From Candidatus Omnitrophota bacterium (GTDB taxonomy: Bacteria; Ratteibacteria; UBA8468; MWAK01), in the NCBI GenBank assembly GCA_043826355.1, contig JBDRQI010000011.1, positions 32,001 to 96,000 of the forward strand: a stretch of 64,000 nt of DNA. The letters are read 5' to 3'. This document shows, one piece after another, positions 53,920-62,772 of this stretch. A program made the position numbers and the translations under genes. Positions within the stretch are counted from its first letter, which is position 1, and every line of letters begins with the position of its first letter. The notes beneath the pieces are model-generated. The model saw nothing but the letters and a program-made list of their open reading frames with translations. It ran no database searches and was not told where the DNA came from.

Positions 53920-54813
53920 ATGCCTGAACATTTTCTTTCCCCCGGTCATACCGCCTGCGCCGGATGCGGTCAGTCTCTGGCGGCACGCCTGGTGATTGAT
54001 GCGGCCGGACCAAATACCATTATTGTTAATAATACCGGATGCCTGGAAGTTTTTTCTACCGCCTACCCGGACACTGCCTGGGAAGTCCCGTTCATCCACT
54101 CCCTTTTTGAAAATGCGGCCGCGGTTGCTTCCGGAGTAGAGGCGGCTTTAAGGCAAAATGGCAAAATATCAGAGGTCAGGGTAATCAGCCAGGCCGGAGA
54201 CGGCGGTACTGCGGATATCGGGCTTCAAGCGCTTTCCGGAATGTGGGAACGGGGACACGACATCCTTTCCATCTGTTATGATAACGAAGCATACATGAAC
54301 ACCGGAATTCAGCGCAGCGGCCTTACGCCGACTTATACTTCTACAACGACCAGCCCGGTCGGCAAGAGTTCTACCGGCAACCCGAGACCGAAGAAAAATG
54401 TAGTGGAGATTGCCGTCGCGCACGGGATTCCTTACGTGGCGACCGCTTCAGCCGGATTCCCGGTTGACCTGCAGAAGAAGGTGAAAAAAGCGCTGGCGAT
54501 TCGGGGACCAAAATTTCTGCATGTTCACGTTCCCTGCCCATTGGGCTGGCGCCACGAGCCGGAACAGACTTATCAGATAGCCAGATTGGCCGTGGAGACC
54601 GGACTTTTTCCCATGATTGAATTTGAAAACGGAAAAATCTCCGGACGTTATTTGCTTGCCAAGCCGAAACCGGTGGAAGATTACCTGAAACCGCAGGGAC
54701 GGTTCCGGCACCTTTTTAAAACGGGCGGGGAAACGGCTTTAAAGGAAATTCAGGAAATCGCCAACCGTAATATTGAGCGCTACGGCCTTGTCAAAACCGC
54801 AGCCGGCGGGTAA
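53920..54813 (+). CDS. porB: Pyruvate:ferredoxin oxidoreductase beta subunit
   Basis: GHTACAGCG, GDGGTADIG, DNEAYMNTG.QRS, PCPLGW. Confidence 0.92.
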   Translation: MPEHFLSPGHTACAGCGQSLAARLVIDAAGPNTIIVNNTGCLEVFSTAYPDTAWEVPFIHSLFENAAAVASGVEAALRQNGKISEVRVISQAGDGGTADIGLQALSGMWERGHDILSICYDNEAYMNTGIQRSGLTPTYTSTTTSPVGKSSTGNPRPKKNVVEIAVAHGIPYVATASAGFPVDLQKKVKKALAIRGPKFLHVHVPCPLGWRHEPEQTYQIARLAVETGLFPMIEFENGKISGRYLLAKPKPVEDYLKPQGRFRHLFKTGGETALKEIQEIANRNIERYGLVKTAAGG

Positions 54814-54829
54814 TGAGAATAACTAATGG

Positions 54830-54904
54830 TGTCATCCTGAGCCGCAGTTGCGAAGGATCTATTTTTTAACAACGAGATTCTTCGGCTGGCGCCTCAGAAT
54901 GACA
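54830..54904. repeat. Family A element
   Basis: TGTCATCCTGAG..GAAGGATCT..AGATTCTTCG..CTCAGAATGACA. Confidence 0.85.
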
Positions 54905-54911
54905 AAAAATT

Positions 54912-55388
54912 ATGGCTCTGATAAATTATTCGGCGTGCGAAATTATCAAGGTTGCGATTGATATTGAAAAGAACGGTTACCAGTTTTACACGGAAGCCTC
55001 CAAACTCACCCGGAGTAAATCGGTTGCCGAACTTTTCCGGAGTCTTGCCGGGGAAGAGATTCAGCATCAGATTTTTTTTGAAGGATTGGCAAAACTTATT
55101 TCGCAGTGTGAGGTCAACGGAACAACCCGGCCGGACGAATACCTGGCTGCAATCGCAGACGCATCCATTATTCAGCAAAAACGGGGGATGAAAGCGATTG
55201 CGGAAAAGCGGCTTACCGACCAGGAGGCGCTTGATATTGCGGTTCAGGTGGAAAAAAACGCCATTCTTTACTATACGGAACTACTACGTTTTGTAACTGA
55301 AAAAGAAAAAGGAATGGTTGAAGAATTGGTTGCGGAAGAAAAGAAGCACCTCACTAAACTGACTTCAATTGCCAAGAACCTGATCTGA
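54912..55388 (+). CDS. Rubrerythrin/ferritin-like diiron protein
   Basis: A..IE..G..FY, EE.QH, A.QVE..A..YY, EEKKH. Confidence 0.88.
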   Translation: MALINYSACEIIKVAIDIEKNGYQFYTEASKLTRSKSVAELFRSLAGEEIQHQIFFEGLAKLISQCEVNGTTRPDEYLAAIADASIIQQKRGMKAIAEKRLTDQEALDIAVQVEKNAILYYTELLRFVTEKEKGMVEELVAEEKKHLTKLTSIAKNLI

Positions 55389-56645
55389 AACAACTTTTCC
55401 GTTGCAGATTGTATAGCAAACCCTTCCCTTCATCTTTTCACCCAAAAACGGCGTGTTTTGACTGCGAGATTTAATTTCCGATTCTGTCAGCGTCCACTCT
55501 TCCTTCGGGTTGAAAATAGTAATATCGGCCCGTAACCCCTTTTTAAGACTGCCCCGGTCATTGAAACGGAAGATTCTGGCCGGATTTGATGTCAGGCAGG
55601 CGATTAAAAGCGAAAGGGGAATGTCGGTGGTTAACCGCAGGAGAAGGGGCAGGGCGGTTTCAAAACCGATGATACCGAAAGCCGCATTTTCAAAATCGGT
55701 CTCCTTCTCTTCCCGGCTGTGCGGTGCATGGTCGGTTACGATGACCTCAATAATACCGTCCCTGATACTATTTTTCAGCGATTTAACGTCATCCTTGGTG
55801 CGCAGGGGCGGACTGACCTTAGCGTTGGTATTGTATCCTTTCACCGCCTCCTCGCTTAAAATAAGGTGATGAAAAGTAGCCTCGGCCGTTACCGGAATAC
55901 CCTTCTTCTTTGCCTGCCGGAGGAGAACGATTGAACCGGCCGACGTAAGGTGGGCGAGATGAAGCCGGCTTTCGGTCAGGGAAGCGAGGGTGATGTCGCG
56001 AAAGACCGCTACCTCCTCTGCCTCTCTGGGGATGCCGGGCAAACCCAGGAGGGTGGATATCTTCCCCTCGTTCATCACCCCATTGCGGGCCAGCGTTGGT
56101 TCTTCCGGATGGTCTATGAGCGGCCGGTCCACCATCTTGGCGTATTCCAGGCCGCGCCGCAGAACCCGGTTGTCGGCGACGCAGTTTCCGTCGTCCGAAA
56201 AAGCCGCCGCGCCGTTTTCCGCCAGGTCAGCCATTTCCGTCAGTTCTTTTCCTGCCCGATTTTTAGTGATGGCTCCGATCGGAAAGACCGAAACGGGAGT
56301 TTCCTTTCCCTTGTTAAAAACAAACGCGACCAGGGGACCGGTATCCAGGCAGGGCGTGGTGTTGGGCATCGCCATGATTGTGGTATAACCGCCGGCGGCA
56401 GCAGCCGCTGCGCCGGTCTTAATCGTCTCTTCATCCTCCCGTCCCGGTTCCCGCAAGTGGCAGTGGCTGTCAATAAATCCCGGGCAGACAATTTTGCTGG
56501 AGGCGTCAATAATACGCGGCTTGCCCTGCGGTTTTATCGCTTTAGCCATTTTCTCAATCTTACCTTTCACGCAGGCAACGTCCATAACTTCATCAATTCC
56601 CTGAGCCGGGTCAATCACCCTTCCGTTTTTGATTAATAGGTCCAT
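55365..56645 (-). CDS. pyrC: Dihydroorotase
   Basis: PGFIDSHCHLREPG, MPNT.P, KVSPPLR, TDHAPH, NTPF; ATG 56645. Confidence 0.94.
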   Translation of the reverse strand: MDLLIKNGRVIDPAQGIDEVMDVACVKGKIEKMAKAIKPQGKPRIIDASSKIVCPGFIDSHCHLREPGREDEETIKTGAAAAAAGGYTTIMAMPNTTPCLDTGPLVAFVFNKGKETPVSVFPIGAITKNRAGKELTEMADLAENGAAAFSDDGNCVADNRVLRRGLEYAKMVDRPLIDHPEEPTLARNGVMNEGKISTLLGLPGIPREAEEVAVFRDITLASLTESRLHLAHLTSAGSIVLLRQAKKKGIPVTAEATFHHLILSEEAVKGYNTNAKVSPPLRTKDDVKSLKNSIRDGIIEVIVTDHAPHSREEKETDFENAAFGIIGFETALPLLLRLTTDIPLSLLIACLTSNPARIFRFNDRGSLKKGLRADITIFNPKEEWTLTESEIKSRSQNTPFLGEKMKGRVCYTICNGKVVSDQVLGN

Positions 56646-56682
56646 AAATACCTCTCTTTGTTTCTTAATAAAAACTTTGAGT

Positions 56683-56855
56683 GAGGATGTATCTTTTGTT
56701 ACATTTCGCGAAGGGTCAGTAACAAAACAAGCAGCACGAAGGCTTGAGTATCCGAGGCTCACCCGAATTCCGGGTGAGAACACGGAGAGGCTCAAGCCGG
56801 AGTTGCGTAGTTTTGTCTGACCCGCAGAGCATGTAGCAAAAGATACATCCGAACG
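56683..56855 (+). repeat. Family G long hairpin element, copy 3, abutting tRNA-Arg 3' end
   Basis: 20-bp outer stem GGATGTATCTTTTGTTACAT/ATGTAGCAAAAGATACATCC. Confidence 0.88.
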
Positions 56856-56856
56856 G

Positions 56857-56930
56857 CGCGCTTGGAGAGACTCGAACTCTCAGCCTTTAGCTTCGGAGGC
56901 TAACGCTCTATCCAATTGAGCTACAAGCGC
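56857..56930 (-). tRNA. tRNA-Arg(CCG)
   Basis: GCGCTTG/CAAGCGC stem, TTAGC-CTCCGAA-GCTAA, AGTTCGAGTCT. Confidence 0.95.
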
Positions 56931-56936
56931 AAATTT

Positions 56937-58154
56937 TTACCCGCCTTCGCCGGATTTATCCGCCGAAACTTTAGCATAGGCGGATTGGCCCACCTGGCGC
57001 ACCTTTACAAAACGGTTCTTGAGGGCGGATTCCCTCGCAGCAAGACAGGTGTAGACACTTTGAATACCGGCCCAGATAGTTGCGCGCGGTTGCCCCTTGC
57101 CTTTTACAAGATTAAAAAAATCATACGCTAATTTCAGGTCTCCGCCAAAGTGGCTAAGTCCGGAACCAGCCCTGGCGGTATCAGAAAACGGCTTATGGTG
57201 CCGGATGTGCCGGATAGAATTTTCATACCAGTCAAACTCAACGGTGCCGAGATAACCGCTCACCGTTGAACCGCGGGACGCCGCATCCCGTCTGGAAAAA
57301 AATACCTGCGTATATATTCCGTGAGCGCCGGAAGCAAACTCCACAACCGCGCTGGAAGCATCTTCGTTTGTACCTTTTTCTATTGTTCCACAATCAATAC
57401 TATAGACGCAGTTATGGTCTTTTTCGTGCCAGCCCGAATTGTTGCGTTTCCGGTTGACGGGGCTTTCCAGACAGGTATCAGTTTCCCCGCACTTTGAACA
57501 GACCAGCCCGGAAGGTTTCTTGCCTCCGAAAACTTTCTGGAATGTTGCCATGGCGCCAACCCTGGTAATCGGAGAGTCCATAAGGTAACTCATATAGTCA
57601 AAATCGTGCGTGGCTTTCTGCAGGAAAAGCCCTCCGGTTATCTTGTAGTCCCGGTAAAGTTCTTCCCAGTAGACGGTTCCGTAAGGAACATAGTTCCAGG
57701 CCATGATATGAACCGGATTTCCAACCGCTCCGTTCCTGATAAGGTCCCCTGCAAAAACGCACAAGGGAGAAGTCCTTAAGGGGAAACTCACCACCACCTT
57801 GCACTTGGATTTTTCAAAAGCATCTTCCAGGTCGTTTGCCTGCTTCATGGAAACGGCGACCGGTTTTTCAAGGTAAAGCGGTATATCAAATTTTGCCGCC
57901 TTCAGGGCATAGGGTGTATGAAGGTTGCAGCGCGGTCCGATAGCAAGCGCATCTAACCTTGCCTTGCGGACCATCTCTTCAAGCGTTTCGTAAAAAACTG
58001 TTTCTTTGCTATCAGATTCAGAAAGTCTTTTACGCACACCCTTTTCGTCAGGGTCCACAACACCCACGACCCGAATACCGGGTTCAACCTCCCGGAAAGG
58101 TCCGTAAACCAGACCCCTGATTCTTTCGCCGAAACCAACAACTCCCAATCTCAT
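56937..58154 (-). CDS. Gfo/Idh/MocA oxidoreductase
   Basis: GVVGFG, LEKPVA, GGLFLQKATHDFD, HFGGD. Confidence 0.88.
   Translation of the reverse strand: MRLGVVGFGERIRGLVYGPFREVEPGIRVVGVVDPDEKGVRKRLSESDSKETVFYETLEEMVRKARLDALAIGPRCNLHTPYALKAAKFDIPLYLEKPVAVSMKQANDLEDAFEKSKCKVVVSFPLRTSPLCVFAGDLIRNGAVGNPVHIMAWNYVPYGTVYWEELYRDYKITGGLFLQKATHDFDYMSYLMDSPITRVGAMATFQKVFGGKKPSGLVCSKCGETDTCLESPVNRKRNNSGWHEKDHNCVYSIDCGTIEKGTNEDASSAVVEFASGAHGIYTQVFFSRRDAASRGSTVSGYLGTVEFDWYENSIRHIRHHKPFSDTARAGSGLSHFGGDLKLAYDFFNLVKGKGQPRATIWAGIQSVYTCLAARESALKNRFVKVRQVGQSAYAKVSADKSGEGG
56940..56984. repeat. Family E palindrome forming the C-terminus of the oxidoreductase
   Basis: CCGCCTTCGC..ATTTATCCGCCGAAACTTTAGCATAGGCGGA, homolog of 26086-26129. 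Confidence 0.78.
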
Positions 58155-58210
58155 TTTTTGTCTCCGGTGTGTCGTTTATTTTTTTTTGTTTCTTTTCGCT
58201 ATATTATAAA

Positions 58211-59503
58211 CTAAAAAGGTTCTAATTGGAAGGAAAGCGCTTTTTTGATTAACTGCAGGGAACGCTCGGCCGCGCCGGTTTCGCGGCTGATTGCCCGGTA
58301 GGCTTTTGTACCGGATTCTTTAGCCCAATCCGGTTCGGAGAGACAGCGTAAAAAGAAGGAGTAGAGACCATTCGCGTCAAGAACCAGCTCCCCGCCGCCG
58401 GATTTCTGCAGAATCTCCGCCTCTTCCTTGAAGTTCCAGGCGTGCGGTCCGAACGCCGCCGGTTTTGAGAACGCCGCCGGTTCCACCAGGTTATGACCGC
58501 CGTCGCCAAAAACGGTCAGGCTGCCGCCGACAAAAGCCGCGCGGCTTGCCGCGTAAGCCTGGTTGAGCCGACCCATAACATTCAGAAGCAAAAAATTTTC
58601 GGTGAAGGGCGGCTGCAGGGAAGAAAATTTTTGGTATTTTAACCCTTTTTTCTGAAAAATAGATTCCAGGTTGCTGCGTTCCAGATGCCGGGGCGCAAAG
58701 ATTATTCTCAAGCCCGGAAACCCGGACAATAATCGTCGGGAAACCGCAACGGCCATCTCTTCTTCTTCCGGGTGGATGGAACCAAAAACTATACTGCGTC
58801 CGGTCAGCAATAATTCTCTCCTTGCTTCTTCCGAACTTATCCCTTTTGCCTGTTGGAAGACCACGTCGTATTTAATATTACCGGTTACGGTCACCCGTTC
58901 CGGTAAAACACCCAGGCTCATAATCCAGTCCGCCTCGCGGCGGCTGCGCATGCCGATTGCCTGAAGCTGGGTAAGGACCGGAATTGTTATAAAACCGACT
59001 TTCCGGAACCGGCGGTAGGAATTGGGTGAAAAACGTCCGTTAAGAAGGACCGCCGGGATGTTGCGTTTCGTCAAGGCAAGAAGGAGGTTGGGCCAAAATT
59101 CTGTTTCCAGACTGATAAAAAGCCTGGGTTTGCAACGGCGTAAAAATGACGGCCAGATGAAAGGCAGGTCAAACGGGAAGTAGGTTATCGGAATTTCCGG
59201 AATCAGCCGCTGCGCGGTCCTGAAACCGGTAATCGTTGTTGTGGTGAGAAAAACAGGAAAAAGGAATTCTTTTTGGAGCAGGTCTATCAGGATGCGGGCG
59301 ATGGTAACTTCTCCCACGGAAAGCGCCTGAATCCAGATGCATTCCGAAGGAATGTCGGGCGGCAGGTTAAACCCGAATCGCCTTAGGATATCGTTTCTTT
59401 GACCGCCCCGGCGGCAATGGCGCCGGGAAGAGATGAAAGCAAACAACGGAAAGAATAAGACCAGCAGGATATTATAAAGGATGTAACCCGGGAATCTTCG
59501 CAT
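58211..59503 (-). CDS. waaA: Kdo transferase
   Basis: WIQALSVGE, ETEFWPN, NGRFS..S, TGNIKYD, APRH.ER, GGHNLVEPA. Confidence 0.93.
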   Translation of the reverse strand: MRRFPGYILYNILLVLFFPLFAFISSRRHCRRGGQRNDILRRFGFNLPPDIPSECIWIQALSVGEVTIARILIDLLQKEFLFPVFLTTTTITGFRTAQRLIPEIPITYFPFDLPFIWPSFLRRCKPRLFISLETEFWPNLLLALTKRNIPAVLLNGRFSPNSYRRFRKVGFITIPVLTQLQAIGMRSRREADWIMSLGVLPERVTVTGNIKYDVVFQQAKGISSEEARRELLLTGRSIVFGSIHPEEEEMAVAVSRRLLSGFPGLRIIFAPRHLERSNLESIFQKKGLKYQKFSSLQPPFTENFLLLNVMGRLNQAYAASRAAFVGGSLTVFGDGGHNLVEPAAFSKPAAFGPHAWNFKEEAEILQKSGGGELVLDANGLYSFFLRCLSEPDWAKESGTKAYRAISRETGAAERSLQLIKKALSFQLEPF

Positions 59504-59518
59504 TTATGAGACAGACCC

Positions 59519-60280
59519 TTAAACCGGACGAATTGATATGCCTTTTCGGGCAAGATACTCCTTGGCTTGGCGGATGGTATATTCCCCGTAATGAAAGATG
59601 CTGGCCGCCAGGACCGCATCCGCTTTTCCCTCATCCAGGACTTCAAAAAGGTGCTGCAGGTTTCCGGCGCCGCCGGAAGCGATCACCGGGACCGTTACCG
59701 CTTCCGAAATAGCCCGGGTCAGTTCTACGTCGTAGCCCTCTTTGGTGCCATCCCGGTCCATGCTGGTGAGGAGAATTTCTCCGGCACCCATTTCGACCGC
59801 TTTCTGTGCCCATTTTATGGCCGAGAGTCCGGTCGGCGTCCGACCGCCGTATGTATAAACTTCCCAGGTTCCCGGCGCAATATTTTTGGCGTCAATTGCA
59901 ACTACAATACACTGGTTGCCGAATTTATCCGCGCCCTCGGCAATTAACCCCGGGTTCTCGACCGCACTGGTATTGATGGAGATTTTATCCGCGCCGGCCC
60001 GCAAAATCTCTTTGATGTCTTTCAGGCTTTTGATGCCTCCGCCGACGGTCAGCGGGATAAAAACAGAACCTGCGGTCCTTTCCACAATTTCCAGCAGGAT
60101 TCCCCTTTTTTCAAACGAAGCGGTGATATCCAGAAAGACCAGCTCGTCCGCTCCTTCCCGGCTATAAGCAGCGCCAATTTCCACCGGGTCGCCGGCATCG
60201 CGCAAATCCAGAAAATTAATGCCTTTTACTACCCGGCCATCTTTAACATCCAGGCACGGTATGATTCTTTTGGTTACCAT
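59519..60280 (-). CDS. hisF: Imidazole glycerol phosphate synthase cyclase subunit
   Basis: [32 protein letters not shown]. Confidence 0.97.
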   Translation of the reverse strand: MVTKRIIPCLDVKDGRVVKGINFLDLRDAGDPVEIGAAYSREGADELVFLDITASFEKRGILLEIVERTAGSVFIPLTVGGGIKSLKDIKEILRAGADKISINTSAVENPGLIAEGADKFGNQCIVVAIDAKNIAPGTWEVYTYGGRTPTGLSAIKWAQKAVEMGAGEILLTSMDRDGTKEGYDVELTRAISEAVTVPVIASGGAGNLQHLFEVLDEGKADAVLAASIFHYGEYTIRQAKEYLARKGISIRPV

Positions 60281-60293
60281 ATTATTTTTTAAC

Positions 60294-60483
60294 GTTTTTC
60301 TTCAAGCGAGGCTTGTTTCTTTTGCAACACTTCGCGAAGCGACAGCGCAAAACAAGCAAAACGACAGGGTGAGTATCCGTGGCTTGCCTTGAATTTTAGG
60401 CAAGAACACGGAGAGTCTCGTTCTGGAGTTGCGTAGATTTTGCCTGGCGCGCAGCGTGTGTAGCAAAAGAGATAACCGAGCGC
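60294..60483 (+). repeat. Family G long hairpin element, copy 4
   Basis: TCTTTTGCAACAC...GTGTAGCAAAAGA outer stem; CTTGCCT/AGGCAAG apex. Confidence 0.88.
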
Positions 60484-60508
60484 TTTATTTTCGCAGAAAC
60501 GCAAGTTA

Positions 60509-60538
60509 TTGTCAAATTAAAGGAGGAAACATTATAAT
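60509..60538 (+). promoter_or_regulatory. sigma70-like promoter for murJ
   Basis: TTGTCA-N18-TATAAT, 9 nt before ATG. Confidence 0.6.
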
Positions 60539-60547
60539 AAAGGGCGG

Positions 60548-62047
60548 ATGGATAAAAAAAGAATTATTTTGACCGTCGGTATGGTCAGTCTGGTTACCAT
60601 TCTGGTGCGCGTTGCCGGACTCGGCCGGGAGATGTTCAGCGCTTATTTTTTCGGAACAACCCTGGTTTATGACGCTTTTCTGCTGGCTTTTATGATTCCC
60701 AACTTCTTTCGGGGAATCCTGGCAGAAGGCGGGCTGAACAGCGCTTTTATTCCTGTTTTTTCCGAGTACCTCTCTCCGGGAAAAAAGAAAGATGCCCAGA
60801 AAATCATAAGTGATACGCTGGGTGCCAGTCTCTGTTTTACGCTGTCCCTTTCATTTTTTTTCTTCTTCGCATCAAGCCTGGCCGGATTCTTTCCCCTGAG
60901 TCAGAAAATTATTCTAATGCTCTCCTTCCTGCGGTTTACCATTTTTTACCTCGTTTTTGTTTCGATGGCTGCCCTGGTGATGGGCGTTCTTAATTCCCTG
61001 GGTCATTTTTCCGGGCCGGCCCTGGCGCCCCTGGGTCTGGACCTTTTCTGGATATTGAGCCTGGTTACCATTGCGCCCTTCTTCGGGACCGGACTTGAAA
61101 GCAGAACTTACGGACTGATTATCGGTCTGCTGATAGGGGGGGCGGCCCAATTTTTTATACCGGTGCCGGCGCTCTGGCGCAGAGGTTTTTCCCTCAAGCC
61201 GACTTTTAACCTGAAAAATCCTGCCCTGGTGCGAATGGGTAAATTACTCGCACCGGTTATCATCGGCGTAGCGGTTACGCCCATCAATCTTCTGGTGGAC
61301 TATTTTCTGGCAAGTGCCATTGCCCCCGGAATGGTCAGTTCGCTCTGGTACGCCAACCGGCTGGTGCAACTGCCGCTGGGTATTTTTGCGGTAACCCTGG
61401 GCACGGTTGCCCTGCCTTCAATGTCCCGGCAGGTCTCCGAAGGGAATTTAAGACAGATGAAAGAGACACTCGCTTATTCCCTTAAATTGGCTTTTCTGCT
61501 GGTTATTCCGGCCAGTTTCGGCTTTGTTTTTTTTCGGGAACCGATTATCCAGGTCCTTTTTCAGCGGGGCCTTTTTACCAGCCAGTCTACCCAGGCGACC
61601 GGTATCGCGCTCCTTTTTTTCTCCCTGGGCCTTTTCGGGTACAGCGGTAATATCGTATTAACCCGGGCGTTTTATGCCCTGAAGGATACCGCGACACCGG
61701 TCAGGGTTGGAATTTTGAGTATCGCCGCTAACTTGGTCCTGGACCTTATCTTGATAGTTCCGTTAAAACAGGGTGGCATTGCGCTGGCCACTTCCCTGGT
61801 CGGGATTTTTAACTTCACTTTGCTTTTTTTTCTGCTGCACCGTAAGGTTGGCCTGTTGGGTGGTCGGAAACTTTTAAAAGCCGGCCTGGAGTTTGTTTTT
61901 TTGTCAGGTCTGGCGACCTTCCTGGCGTTCGGTTATTTCCATTTTACGGCGGTAAGGTTTGGAACCGGCGTGGCTTTGTTCAGCGCATTAATTGCGGGCA
62001 GCATCTTTTATTTTGGGATAAATTATCTGCGCAAAAACTACCGGTGA
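60548..62047 (+). CDS. murJ: Lipid II flippase MurJ
   Basis: R..GLGRE, AF.IPN.FR..LAEG, YANRLVQLPLG, FYALKDT.TP. Confidence 0.94.
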   Translation: MDKKRIILTVGMVSLVTILVRVAGLGREMFSAYFFGTTLVYDAFLLAFMIPNFFRGILAEGGLNSAFIPVFSEYLSPGKKKDAQKIISDTLGASLCFTLSLSFFFFFASSLAGFFPLSQKIILMLSFLRFTIFYLVFVSMAALVMGVLNSLGHFSGPALAPLGLDLFWILSLVTIAPFFGTGLESRTYGLIIGLLIGGAAQFFIPVPALWRRGFSLKPTFNLKNPALVRMGKLLAPVIIGVAVTPINLLVDYFLASAIAPGMVSSLWYANRLVQLPLGIFAVTLGTVALPSMSRQVSEGNLRQMKETLAYSLKLAFLLVIPASFGFVFFREPIIQVLFQRGLFTSQSTQATGIALLFFSLGLFGYSGNIVLTRAFYALKDTATPVRVGILSIAANLVLDLILIVPLKQGGIALATSLVGIFNFTLLFFLLHRKVGLLGGRKLLKAGLEFVFLSGLATFLAFGYFHFTAVRFGTGVALFSALIAGSIFYFGINYLRKNYR

Positions 62048-62049
62048 TT

Positions 62050-62094
62050 CCCCTCACCATACCTCTCCCCATCGGGGAGAGGTATGGTGAGGGG
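62050..62094. repeat. Family D perfect 21-bp hairpin
   Basis: CCCCTCACCATACCTCTCCCC-ATC-GGGGAGAGGTATGGTGAGGGG. Confidence 0.9.
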
Positions 62095-62119
62095 GTACGT
62101 GACGTGGTATAATAAAAAC

Positions 62120-62746
62120 ATGGAACCGGCTATCGCAATCGGTCGTTTATTTATTCTTATTTTTTCGGTGATTATCCACGAATGCAGTCACGGTGTGGCT
62201 GCCTTGCGTAACGGAGACGATACCGCCCGGATTATGGGACGGTTGACTTTGAACCCTTTACCCCACATCGATATTTTCGGAACGATTATTATACCGGGCA
62301 TTCTTTTGCTGACCGGCGTGCCGATAATTATCGGCTGGGCAAAGCCGGTCCCGATCAACCCTTACCGGTTCCGTGATTTCCGGCGGGGCATGATAGAAGT
62401 GGGTCTTTCCGGGCCGTTATCAAATATATTGCTGGCGGTTTTTTTTGCCTTTCTTTTACGGATAACCGGCGGCAACTCTTTTTCCGGAATAGGGTATCTG
62501 CTTTATTTTGGAGTTTTTATCAATTTTTTGCTGGCTCTTTTCAACCTCATTCCGATTCCGCCTCTGGACGGGTCCCGCATCTTAGGCAGTTTACTACCAT
62601 TGAAGATGGAAGCAAGGTACTACCGGATAGAGCGTTACGGAATGTTTATTATTATCGCTCTTCTTTTCTTGGGTTTCTTTAATTTACTCTTTCCCGTATT
62701 AGTTTTTTTAACAAACTTAGTTACCGGCGCATCACTGCCTTATTAG
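62120..62746 (+). CDS. Site-2 protease (M50) family protein
   Basis: HECSH, GRLTLNP, GWAKPVP, FNLIPIPPLDGS. Confidence 0.92.
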   Translation: MEPAIAIGRLFILIFSVIIHECSHGVAALRNGDDTARIMGRLTLNPLPHIDIFGTIIIPGILLLTGVPIIIGWAKPVPINPYRFRDFRRGMIEVGLSGPLSNILLAVFFAFLLRITGGNSFSGIGYLLYFGVFINFLLALFNLIPIPPLDGSRILGSLLPLKMEARYYRIERYGMFIIIALLFLGFFNLLFPVLVFLTNLVTGASLPY

Positions 62747-62772
62747 GCGGGTGGTGTGAAAGGAGTTTAAGT

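Noticed and set aside
62050..62094. Rho-independent terminator after murJ
   Set aside because: No U-tract on either strand; the sequence belongs to repeat family D, though it may still stabilise RNA.
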